This document shows, in pieces, positions 25,340 through 35,768 of a DNA stretch of 64,000 nucleotides. The notes beneath the pieces were generated by a model, which was not told where the DNA came from, searched no databases, and saw nothing but the letters and a program-made list of their open reading frames with translations. The translations under genes were made by a program, and so were the position numbers. Every line of letters starts with the position of its first letter. The stretch's first letter is position 1. This DNA is from Mantamonas sphyraenae STR306. Taxonomy: Eukaryota; Protista; CRuMs. The stretch spans positions 250,493 to 314,492 of the forward strand of contig JAPMXV010000009.1 of assembly GCA_026936335.1 (NCBI GenBank), given 5' to 3'.

Positions 25340-26752
25340 ATGAGCTCAACACGTACGGAATCGGACCCACGCAACGAGAAGGAGTGGAGCAGAAAGGACT
25401 ACCAGCGTCTGCGGCTGCTGGGCACAGGGTCACAAGGGCGTGTGTACCTGGTGCGCAACAAACACACAGGAGACCTTTTTGCGATGAAGCAGGTGCCCAA
25501 GGGCATCGTGGCGGCGCATCAAAAGGCTCTGGAGGCGCTTGCAAGCGAACGCAACCTGCTGGCCATTGCCGACCATCCGCTGATCACGACGCTGTACCAC
25601 TGCTTCCACGACGACAAGTGGGTGTACTTTGTGATGGAGGCGTGCTTGGGCAACGAGTTTTTCGACCTGCTGAACGAGCAACCGTACGGGCGGCTGGCGG
25701 AGGCGGACCTGCGCTTCTACGCAGCGGAGATCCTGCTTGCACTGGAGTATGTGCACGCGCTGGGGTTTGTGTACCGCGACCTCAAGCCCGAGAACATCCT
25801 GCTTCAGGACAACGGGCACATCCGGCTGGCCGATTTTGGCCTGTGCAAGCAGGCTGAGGACGACACGCTGGGAGTGACCATTACGGCAGCCGCAGCAGAC
25901 AACATCCGCGTGTCGACGACCGTGCTGACGCGTGCCAACTCGTTTGTGGGCACACGCAATTACATGGCGCCCGAGACAGTGGAGGGCAAGGGCACAGACT
26001 CGATTGCGGACTGGTGGTCGTACGGCGTGCTCCTGTTTGACGTTGTGTGTGGTCTGCCGCCGTTCACGGGCTCCAACCCACACAAGGTGATGCGCAGGAT
26101 TCTGAGTGGCGAGTTTGTGTTTCCTCTGGATGTGGAACTGAGCATGGAGCTGTGCGACCTGATCCGACAGCTGCTCGTGGTGGATCCGACGCAGAGGCTG
26201 GGGTACGAGAACGGGGCGGCGGATATCAAGGCGCACCCGTGGTTCAAGGGGGTCACATGGGCGCTTGTGCCGAACGACGTGCCGCCTTTTGTGCCCACGG
26301 CACTGGATGTGGAGGACGAAGATGAATGGGACGAATTCGACGACGAAGAGATCGAGGTGATTGTGGAGGGGACGGCAGAGACGGGTCTGGGCAGCAGCGG
26401 GAAGGAGGACACGGTGAAAGCGGACAAAGACGACGGGAAGGCGGAGCTGCGGTCGCGCCGAATCGCATCGAGCAGCATCACGGCCGTGTTGATCCAGGAT
26501 CTGGAAAACGCAGAGAAGGAGTGGATAGAGGTGGAGAAGATGAAGGAGATGGAGGAAGCAGACGCAGACGAGGAGCAGGAAGACCCGTTTGACAAGTTTG
26601 ACTTTCACATCGAGGCCATCCGGTACACGACGCCGAGTGTGCCGACGCAGTCGCTGGATCATCTGCGCTCGCAGAGCGTGAGTTCGGACAGCTTCCGCAT
26701 GGGCGACGACGAGGAGGGAGAAGGTGAAGAAGGAGAGGAGAGTGCTACGTAA
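25340..26752 (+). CDS. AGC-family Ser/Thr protein kinase (Fpk1/Kin82/nrc-2-like) with acidic tail
   Basis: LGTGSQGRVYLV, FAMK, DHPLITTLY, RFYAAEILLALEYVH, YRDLKPENILL, DFG, ANSFVGTRNYMAPE, DWWSYG, RLGYENGAADIKAHPWF. The subfamily is inferred from motifs only. Confidence 0.9.
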   Translation: MSSTRTESDPRNEKEWSRKDYQRLRLLGTGSQGRVYLVRNKHTGDLFAMKQVPKGIVAAHQKALEALASERNLLAIADHPLITTLYHCFHDDKWVYFVMEACLGNEFFDLLNEQPYGRLAEADLRFYAAEILLALEYVHALGFVYRDLKPENILLQDNGHIRLADFGLCKQAEDDTLGVTITAAAADNIRVSTTVLTRANSFVGTRNYMAPETVEGKGTDSIADWWSYGVLLFDVVCGLPPFTGSNPHKVMRRILSGEFVFPLDVELSMELCDLIRQLLVVDPTQRLGYENGAADIKAHPWFKGVTWALVPNDVPPFVPTALDVEDEDEWDEFDDEEIEVIVEGTAETGLGSSGKEDTVKADKDDGKAELRSRRIASSSITAVLIQDLENAEKEWIEVEKMKEMEEADADEEQEDPFDKFDFHIEAIRYTTPSVPTQSLDHLRSQSVSSDSFRMGDDEEGEGEEGEESAT

Positions 26753-26860
26753 GGGGAGTGGGGCAGGAGGGTGTGTCTGGTCCATTTTGTGGACGGAAGC
26801 GAGATCAATCGTGTGGAGTTGCAGTTGCGCGGGTGCTCCCATCGAAAAGAACAAAACAGA

Positions 26861-27632
26861 ATGTAGGTTGCAAATCCGTGTGCAGGAGGGGAGAGCGTGT
26901 GTGTGTATGTTTCGAACGGCACAGATGGCTGACACATGCGTGCCTGGTTGGGCGTTGCATCATCACAGGCAGAACGATCAGGGCAAGTTGCAGGCGAGCG
27001 GGGAGAACGCAATTTCGCGTGGAGAGTGTTTCTTTTGCCTGGGCGTTGGCCCGGATGGAGGCGGTGTAGAGGTGGACGTGCATGCGGAGGAGGAGGAGAT
27101 GGGTTGTAGGGATGCATGGGTAGGGCTGTGAAGGGCAGCAGTGGTGTGGCAGAGGTAGAAAAAGGGACCAAAAGGCGGCGGCGAATGCGTGGAGGGGAAA
27201 AACCAAGCGAGGAGAGGAAAACGAAGCTGACACAGAGACGCACGGCTTGCGGAACGACGGGATGGGTCTGCGCACGCACCATGTGGGGTGTTTACGGTAC
27301 AGGAGAACTTGTTGAGAAGTACATTCCGAGGTGCGTATGAGTCGAGAGGCGGGGCGAGGGAACGCATGCATGCGCTTTTTGGCGAGGGCGACGGAGAGGC
27401 GTGCAGGCGGACACTGACACGTGTGTACAGGAAGTGCTCGGCCACACAGAACTTGATCACCGCCAAGGACCACGCTTCGGTGCAGATCAACATCGGCAAG
27501 GTGGAGAACGGCCTGTACACTGGCGAGTTTGAGACCATTGCTCTGTGCGGCTTCATCCGCACCAAGGGCGACAGCGACGAGGCTGTGAACCACCTCGCCA
27601 CCGAGCTGGGCCTCTGCTCCAACGTTGTTTAA
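26861..27632 (+). CDS. RPS21: 40S ribosomal protein S21 (eS21); 4 exons
   Basis: Exons 26861-26862 (AT), 26969-26982, 27303-27330 and 27431-27632 splice to [37 protein letters not shown]...[13 protein letters not shown]. Confidence 0.92.
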
Positions 27633-27765
27633 GCACAGCAGAGCCTTTGGGGCATCTCGACTGTCACTGAGGCAGAGCGAGAGGGCACAAACCTTGCAAT
27701 GAATGGATGTTCAAATTCCACCCCATAGTTTGTATTGGTGATCCCCCACCATTGTCGCTGTTCAA

Positions 27766-29811
27766 TCAATCCGAATCCGAGTCGTCCGAGTCGTCGGAGC
27801 CGTCCTCAACGTTTGCGTTGAGCCAGATGTTGATCTCGTTGAGGAGGGTGAGTGCAGCCTGACGGTTGTGGCCACGGGCCTGGGACTTGAGCTGGTCCAT
27901 GATCTCAGTGAGGACCGGGTAGCCAAGGGAGCCGCCAATACCCTTGAGGGCATGGGCCTCCTGGAAGACGGCGTCCCAGTCTTCGTTGCCTTCGTCCTCG
28001 ATGGCGGCGCTCATGGTTCCCAGGCCGACTTCGAGATTGCCGAGGAACTGCAGCTTCATGGCACCCATCATGAGCTGCATCTCAGCCTGCTGCGAGTCGA
28101 CTGCGCTCATGTTGCCATGCTCGTCATTGTCCAGGAGGGATGCGGAGAGCTTGTCGTTGATGTGTGCAAACAGATTGGCCTCCTCGTCGACCTGCAGGCC
28201 CTCGAGAAAATCCTGCAGGGAAGCTACAGCCTGTTCGACAAGGGTTGCGTTCTGGTCAGCGGCCTGGTTGCGGATGACGGCGCTGATGGTTGTGACCTGG
28301 TCGAAGCCAAGCATCTTGCCGACGCCCTTCATGACGTGTGCTCGCTTGTAGATGGTGTCAAAGTCGACGGGATCGGACGCAAGGGCGTTTACAATGAGGT
28401 CTGTGTCGTGTTTGACGTCCTCGATGAAGCGGGCCTTCATGAGGAGGATGGCTGGGCGGAGCTGTGCCTCCTCGTCGTTGACGGGAGACGCAGGCGTGCC
28501 TGCTTCGACGTTGCCCATGTCCAAGTTGCTGAAATCTACACTGCCAAACCCGATGGTGTTGGCGTACTCCTCGGTGACCATATCGTCGCCGTCTACATCG
28601 TCCGTGTCGTCTGCGTCCACCTGCTCCTGTTGAACAATAGTGTGCAGGTCGCCGATGAGGGCTTCGCATGCAGACGCATCTTCCTCTGCAGCGGCGTCCT
28701 TAAGGCTCTTGCACAGGGTGCGGATGTTGGAGGAGTGCAGGTGGCCGCCGATGCCGCCGAGGGTGTGAGCCAGCTTGCGAATGCCTGCAAAGTCGCCTGC
28801 GTCGAGCTTGTCACGGAGAGCGGCCACGTCGCGTGCGAGGTCACCCTTGAACTTGTCACGGATGGCACCGATGATAGTGCTCATGTCCATGGAGGCCATT
28901 TGTTGGCCTGGCTTGGAGGAGGAGGATGCGGAGGAGGAGGAGGCTGCGTTTGCCGGCTCGTGGTCCATCATCTGTTCCTGCTCGAGCTGCTTGGCGTCAG
29001 CGCTGTTGGCGACGTTGCCGAGGCTGGCCATGAGGGCATCGCCCAAGCCGTCGAGCTGGTTGCCTGCGTTGTTTTTGTCCAGAAGGGCGCGGATGGGATC
29101 TTTGAGCTTGGAAGGGTCTTCCGGGTCGATTGGTTTGCACACGACTCCGTCGAAGCCCAGGCTCATGAGGCGCTTGACTTCAGAGTCCTCGTCGCCATCT
29201 CCAGTCAGGGCTGCAGTGTGTAGAGATGCGGGTGTGGATTGTTAGTGGTGGTGTTGGGGGTGGTGGTGGCAGGGCCGAGTTGGCAGGCGTGGAAGAACGA
29301 GGTGGAAGTTTTTGTGCCACTGACCAAGAATCGGCATTGCCGCGGTTTGCTCGGCCTCGCGCAGCTTGACGACAACCTCGTCGCCGTTCATCTCGTCCAT
29401 GTAGATGTCGAGGAGGAGCAGGTCAAAGTCTTCCTCGTCTGCGGATGCGGGAGGGCAAAGGGGGCCATGTGAGCAAGGGAATAGGAGAGAGCAGCCATGG
29501 AAGGAAAAAGAGGGGCGGTGGAGGGGACCCGAGACGTGAACAACAAGAAGGACATACCTTCCAGCAAGGTTTCCAGCACCTCGGGACCATCGTCGACAGT
29601 CTCCACCTGGTACTCGTCGCTGAGGATCATCTTGACGAAGAAGTGGATCTCGGGACGATCATCCGCAAGGAGGATCTTTTTGGTCATCGCGAGCGGTGGG
29701 TTGTGCTGGTGGCTGAAGCGTGGGCTGTGCCTGAGAGGCGACGAGACATGCGGAGCATGGCGATTGCTACTACCCTTGCGGCTGCTTGTGGTACTTGCAG
29801 ATGTGCTTGTA

Positions 29812-29842
<31 letters not shown>

Positions 29843-30575
29843 CTGAGCTGCAGCTGTTGGTAGTGCACTCGTCGTCGGCTGCGGCGGATCGAGTGCGAAG
29901 CAGAGCCTGCAAAGTCAACGCCATGCCCTTGCCTCCGAGAGCTTGGACATCTGCAAGGTGTGCCCTCCTGAGTGTTTCTTCCTCCTCGTCCAGCGTCGAG
30001 TTGTTGGAATATGCACGTGGACGGGAAATGTCAAAGTGAGCGCGCGCGTCACGCAGCTCGTCGCTTTCGTTGATGACAAGGCCGGATACGGGCCCGTCAG
30101 AGGAGTAGCTCCGCGGAGATATACCTCGCGGGCTGGTTTTGTACAGTTCCAGTGCAGCTTCCCATTCGCGGTACTCCTTGGCCGTGTCCAGGTCGATGCG
30201 CTCGTAGGGGAGGCGGGTGCCCAAACTTTTTGTGCGGCTGGAGGCCGCTGGAAAGTTGCGTTTATCCGACGGAGTGCTGCTGCTACTGCTGCTGGCAGCA
30301 CTGCGCTGTTCGTTGCGGTCGTGGATGGAGAGAGTAGCCAGTCGCCGTCGTACACTGCGAGACTCGTGGTCCAGGGGCGTGTCAAATTCGGGAGCACCTG
30401 GACGCTGGGGCGGTTCGTCGAAGATCCGTGTTGGGCGTTCCAGGCCCCTTTTCTGCCGCGGCGATTCACGAAAGTCGTGCTGGATGTATGCCTCGTCATT
30501 GTCACCGCCGCCTTCATCCTCTTCCTCGTGTGGCTCACGGTAATTTTGGAACGCATCGTCTGCGTCCAACTCCAT
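27766..30575 (-). CDS. Response-regulator receiver + three tandem HPt domains, with a long disordered N-terminus; 3 exons
   Basis: Exons 30575-29558, 29438-29325 and 29210-27766. Spliced receiver: KILLADD...FDLLLLDIYMDEMNG...MPILALTG...GFDGVVCKP. HPt motifs: AHTLGGIGGHL, AHVMKGVGKMLG, AHALKGIGGSLG. Confidence 0.85.
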
Positions 30576-30727
30576 TGCGAACCACACAAAACCAAGCGCA
30601 CAGAATATTTTTGTGCGTTGGGGGCACAGGAGACAGCCAACACAGGTGGAGGGACCAAGGGCGACAGAAACAGCACCACAGCACATACACCTCACGACGA
30701 TGAAGAGTGTTCATTTGAGTGGGGCCT

Positions 30728-31711
30728 TCAGTGGAATCGGGCGAGGGCCGGAGGCACAGGGAAGGCAGTCTTTTTGGGAGGATTCTGGGCACGGTAGAGA
30801 GTAAGGGTCATGGTCATGGTAGGTCGGATGGTGAGGATGAGGAAAGCCATGTGGATGCCCGTGCGGATGATGCTCGTGCCGCTGACCCGAGCCAACTCGG
30901 GGCAGTCTGTGCCTGGTGGGCAGCGCTCGACGCTGAGGGTGTACTGGTTGATGGCGCTGATAATATTGAGGGACATGATGATTGCGCACAGGCCATTGAC
31001 AGCAAAGAGGATGAGCAGCAAGCGGTACGACCAGCCTGTGGACCTGCGGAAGCGGAACACCACGAGCATCCCGCACACAATGGCGCTGAGAATATAATAG
31101 TAGACGTCTGCGTCGATGACGAAGGAAGTGGCAGTGATCGAAGCGTGAATCCCACACGCGAGTGTGACCAACTGTGTCGTAAACGGTCGTGGGCGTGTCA
31201 GAGCGAAGGGAGAAAGGGGGGTGGCCAGCGTCGGTGGACGAGTACACGGCAGGAGAGCATGGGAGCGCAGGTGGCAGCTGGGCACTGGAATGGATTGCAC
31301 CTGCGCACGATATTCATCGTGAAGGCGCAGGCGGAACGGCAGTGTGTGCAGAAGAGAGGGAGGGGAAACGAGAAAGGAAGGGCCGGCAAAACAACGGCTT
31401 GCAAAACCCGTTGTGTTCTGGATGGGTGTGCGTTTGGCCGTCGCCCAGGCAGGCATGGGCGGGCAGAAGGCCGTCGCAAAACAACGTACGACATTGAGTA
31501 CGTTTGCTCCTACGAACACCACCGATGGTTGCTGCAGCAGGGTCTTGTCAGAGGCATCGTAGGTGGCCGAATCGTCTTGCGTGGGCGGGTTCGCTTGAAA
31601 CGGGGAAACGGCGGGGCCAAAGTTGGTGCCGCGGTAGTGAGCACGCATGGGCGATGCTCGCTCCTGCGAACCCAGCAGCATAGCAGAGGATGATGAGGAT
31701 GATGATGCCAT
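30728..31711 (-). CDS. Small four-transmembrane protein of unknown family; probably 2 exons
   Basis: ATG at 31711 and a likely intron at 31489-31172 (GTACGT...ACAG, 318 nt, in frame). Four hydrophobic segments, with a CPPGTDC loop before the last helix. Confidence 0.6.
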   Translation of the reverse strand: MASSSSSSSAMLLGSQERASPMRAHYRGTNFGPAVSPFQANPPTQDDSATYDASDKTLLQQPSVVFVGANVLNVVRCFATAFCPPMPAWATAKRTPIQNTTGFASRCFAGPSFLVSPPSLLHTLPFRLRLHDEYRAQVQSIPVPSCHLRSHALLPCTRPPTLATPLSPFALTRPRPFTTQLVTLACGIHASITATSFVIDADVYYYILSAIVCGMLVVFRFRRSTGWSYRLLLILFAVNGLCAIIMSLNIISAINQYTLSVERCPPGTDCPELARVSGTSIIRTGIHMAFLILTIRPTMTMTLTLYRAQNPPKKTAFPVPPALARFH

Positions 31712-31916
31712 TGAAACAGCTGGGAGCGGCAACGAAGAACGGTTGGGTGGTGCTGTGCAGAGAGTTCTTGGCCAACAACCAAGCGTGGTCGGGAACAAAA
31801 GGAACAAGAGACCGGCGAAACCATACTCAAGACTCAAGGTGGTTGCCGATGGCGACTGGGACAACAGCGATGAGTGGCGATGGGGTTCGCAAAAGCGAGC
31901 TTTTGTTGGCGTTGGA

Positions 31917-32710
31917 TCAAGCAGGCTGCTCGAACTTCTTCGGGCCGCCACACTTGACGTTGGCGCAGTTGACGTACACGTGGTGGCACTCGAGCATGGC
32001 ATGCTTGTTGGTGAAAAACATGTTTTCGCTGTCGGGACACGGAAAGATGGCGTCAGTAAATGCGCGTTGGCGTGCACGTGCGTATGGCAGGGAGCGGGGT
32101 CACAAAGGTGTGCAACGGGTTGGACTTGCAGCAACGGGAGCGCCTGCCCAAGCGGTGGACATGCAGGGCATCCCATCAAGCTGCCAGACGAGGAAAGAGG
32201 GCAAACGGCGGAATCGACCCGGCAACGCACTAGTTCTGGCAGGAGGCGCGTTCCTGGACCAAGTCGTTGTAGCACTTGGTCAGGCAGGCCCGCTTCTGCG
32301 GGAGCTCCAGCTTGATCTTGGTCACAGGAGCCTCGTGCCATTCGTCGTCGTCAGAGAGGCGCTCGACGTGGTCGTTCACGTCGTCGCTCTCAGACTCGGC
32401 CGGACTGCGAGACACCACGGCGAACAGCGGGAAAGGGGGAGTGCCCAAAGAGGGACGGGGAGGAGCAGGGGTGCAAGAGACCACATCACGGCGCAATGCG
32501 AGGACAGTAGAGGTCGGTGAGACAGCGAACGGGAGGGTCAGCGCGTGGAGAAAGAAGCGGGACAAAAAAAACACCCAAACGCAGGCGAGCGGGTTTCACG
32601 GGCACGCACATGAGCTGGCCCATGCCTGCGTAAAAGTTGGACGCAGACACGGCGTAACAGCAGGCCAGGAGCAGGACGGCGACCAGGATGGACGCAGAGA
32701 GCTTGGCCAT
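31917..32710 (-). CDS. Small secreted Cys-rich prepropeptide; 3 exons
   Basis: Exons 32710-32610, 32404-32231 and 32028-31917. Both donors are GTGCGT and the phases match. Signal peptide MAKLSASILVAVLLLACCYAVSA, acidic pro-region, KR, then a 56-aa peptide with 6 Cys. Confidence 0.7.
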
Positions 32711-32817
32711 GGTTGTTTTTGGTTTTGGTGTTTTGTGTATTGGAAAGGTGTGGGTGAGACGAGGCGTGGTGATCGAAGGCGACCAAAGGGGCAATCTGCA
32801 TGTTTGCATTGGACTGT

Positions 32818-35733
32818 CTATGTGGTACTGCGCTTGGCAAGGGCACCGATTTCGCGGTCTTTCTCCTGGAGCAAGCGAGTAAACTCCTGGATGAGCTGCA
32901 ACTTTTCAGTTTCGCTGTTCATGAGCTCGGCCTGCACCTCCAGGGAGCGCTTCATCTCGATGGAGTATCGGTCGCGCAGTTCGCGCAGCTGCTGGCGCAT
33001 TTCGGCCATCTCCTGGTCAAGCATGTAGTGTGTGTGCTGCTCACACTCGTCTATAGACACCTGTAGCTGGCGCTGGACCGAGGCTGTGCTCTGGTAGGAA
33101 ACCGAGCTTCCCGAGCCGCTACTGCTGCTGTTGTTGACCAGCGATTGCGCTTTGCGGATGGCCTCGTCGAAGCGCTGTTTGCGGAAGGGCGACTCATGGT
33201 CCAAGTGTGCCTGTGTGTCCTGCAACGCTGCAGTGTGATTTGTTTGTGTTTGTGATGCTGCTGCTGCTGCTGCTGCTGCTGTGCAGTCGAACGTTGGTGC
33301 GTGGGAGGAGTCAGGGGCGCCGCGCTGTGCGAGGGCGAAGCAGGAAGCGTCCCATTGCGCGCGGGACTGCGTTGCAGGTCGTCTCGGGTCCATGTCTTGC
33401 GATACGGGGAGCCTGTGGAGTTGGGTGTAGAAGAGGACATGTCATGTGTGTGTGTGCTGCTGTGTTGGGCTACGGTGTGGCTCTCGATGGTATTGCTGCG
33501 CTGCACACGCGCAGTGCGGCTTGTTTGGTGGCCAGAGTAGCGTGTGCGCACGGCCTCTTTGGTGTCCAGGCGTTGGTGAGGCGGGGTACCGGGTGTGAAG
33601 CCATCCACAACAGGCGTAGAGGGCTGCGGCGAGTGTGACCGAGAGCGTTCGCTGTTGCTTTGCTCGCTCCGCTTTCCCTCGTCACGAGCAGGCGTGCTCT
33701 GTCCCAAAAAGGACTGCACACGGTCCGGGTGTTCCACCAAGTTGCGCGCGGTTTGCGGCATGGGCACCACGGGCGACGGCTGCGGTTGGAGTTGCTGCGC
33801 GCGTGGTTTCCGCCCTCCGGGCAACTGCTCCTTTACGTCCGGTTTCCATCCACTGCTACTGCTGCTGTGGATGTTTCTGTAACTGTTGTTGCTGTTGTTG
33901 TGGTTGGTGAGTTGGCTGTTGCCTGACACACCTCCCGATCGCGGTGGACGCATCGAAGCGTTGGCCATCATGCCAGGATGCGGGCGCTGGAGCGACGGGC
34001 GAAGGACATCATCGTCGTCGTCGTCGGCAGCGTCGAGGCCGTGTTGCCTGTTGCCTCCGATGACCAAGCGACCTTCCTTCATGCCGCTTGGACCGCCCCG
34101 GGGCCCCTGCTGCCCCTGCTGCCGGCTTGCGCTCCCACCACTGCTGCCCACGCTCCCGTTGCTGATATTGTGTACACTGGTGTCTGCGAGACGAGAGCGG
34201 TGGAGCCTTGCGGAAGAGGCAGCACGGCTTACGCTTGCGCTGCTCTTGCGTGTGCTTGAAATGACACCAATGCGCTGTTGGAACTCCTCCTCGATGTCTT
34301 GGCGTGTTGGCACATAGCTGCTGGGGATGTCGCGCATGTGCTTGCTGCTGAGTCCGGGCGAGTGCAAACGTTCGGTTTCGCTGCGGTCGATGTTTTTCCC
34401 GCCCACGGGGGTCGACGATGCGCCAGGGACGTGCGCCATCAAGGTGCTGTCGCCCGTCCATGCGTTGAAAGGCGTGTTGCGGCTTCGATCCAGACTGGTG
34501 TCGTTTGCGTTGCGCGCCGATCGCGACCTGTGTGCAAGATCGAGCCTGCTTACACTCAGCGACGGCGCTTCGTCGAGATGGTGCACTCGGTCATGGTGCA
34601 CGGTTGCATGGCTTGTCACTACGCTGTGCACGCTCTCGCTCAGCTCCCTCTCGGCAGCCATGCGTCCAGCGGTCTGCGGCGTGCTGCTGCTGATCACCGC
34701 GCGTGTCCCGTCGTTGTTGCTCCCAGCCCCTGCGAGCAACTGTTCCTCGCGTTCACGAACCCCTTCGCGCCACGCCGCCGGTGAGGACGAGCGAAACAGT
34801 GGCGACGACTGCGCTGATGTGTGGTGTGGCCGTACATGCGTTGGCGCTGCTGCACGCGGCGTACCCATGCTCTCGTGCGGCACGGTCCTCGCCTCCTTCC
34901 TTCCCTGGGGCTGCCGCTGCGAGCGCGCCCCAGACGGTGAATGCTGTGCACTGTCGTCTCGTGCGCGTGTCTCTTTGTTCTGCGCCGACGTGCTGTTTGT
35001 TGTGTTTGGCCTGCTGGCCGTGTTATTGCTGCTGTTGGAGGTCAACACGCCACCTGATGCACTTTCGCCGCTTTGCTTCGCCTGCGGGCGTGACGTCGGC
35101 CTCACCACCGCCTGTGTGCTTTGTTGCACTGGCGCTCCCGACGATCCGCTCTCCTGCACAACCTGCACTGTTCCTGCAAAAGCGCGCCGTCCCGTGGTGC
35201 CATGAGGCGTCATGGCAAGCGTGTGAGTCCACTCGTCAAAACTTGCACATTTTCGCGCCCTCCCCCCCCCTTTGTTCACTGCGCTCGCACACCGGCCACT
35301 TACCCTGGCTGCGCCGAGGCTTCTCGTCTTCTGTGTTCATGTTAAGACTCCGTGCCGTGCCGCCCATCCCTGTTTGGCCAGCCGTGGAAGGCTGCTCCGT
35401 GTAGGTGGCGCGTGCGGGCCGTGCATCGCTCTCGTCTTGTTGCGCTGTCTCCCGCTGTTGCTGCTGCTGCCGTCCATGCATCCCTGCGACACTGTTGTTC
35501 TGGCTGCTGGCTGCCTGCGATCGGCTTGCTGCTGTTGTGCTGCTGGTTGTGCTGGTTGTGGCGCTGCTTTGCGTCGTCGTCGTTGTTGTCTCGCTGACGT
35601 TGCTCGTGCGCGTGCTCGCCAGCGTACGCGACGCCGCCCCGCCGCTGCGTTTGGCACTCAGCTGCGCCAGCAACTTTTCCACGTCCCGCTGACGCGTTTG
35701 CATGTCGCTGAGGTTAGACCGAAGCTCCGCCAT
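32818..35733 (-). CDS. Large low-complexity/disordered protein with short N- and C-terminal coiled coils
   Basis: Exon 35733-35304, intron 35303-35174 (GTAAGT...GCAG), then the 742-aa frame. The coiled-coil tail in ORF 32818-33393 is in another frame and needs a 65-nt intron (33292-33228) or an indel. Confidence 0.55.
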
Positions 35734-35768
35734 GCCGATGCCCTGCCTGTGCCAACCGAAAAGCGAAA

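Noticed and set aside
4667-26752. Functional link between the flippase and the Fpk1-like kinase
   Set aside because: They are about 16 kb apart with unrelated genes between, and the kinase subfamily is uncertain (DFG rather than DFD).
26983-27302. Intronic snoRNA in RPS21
   Set aside because: No convincing C/D or H/ACA box pair seen.
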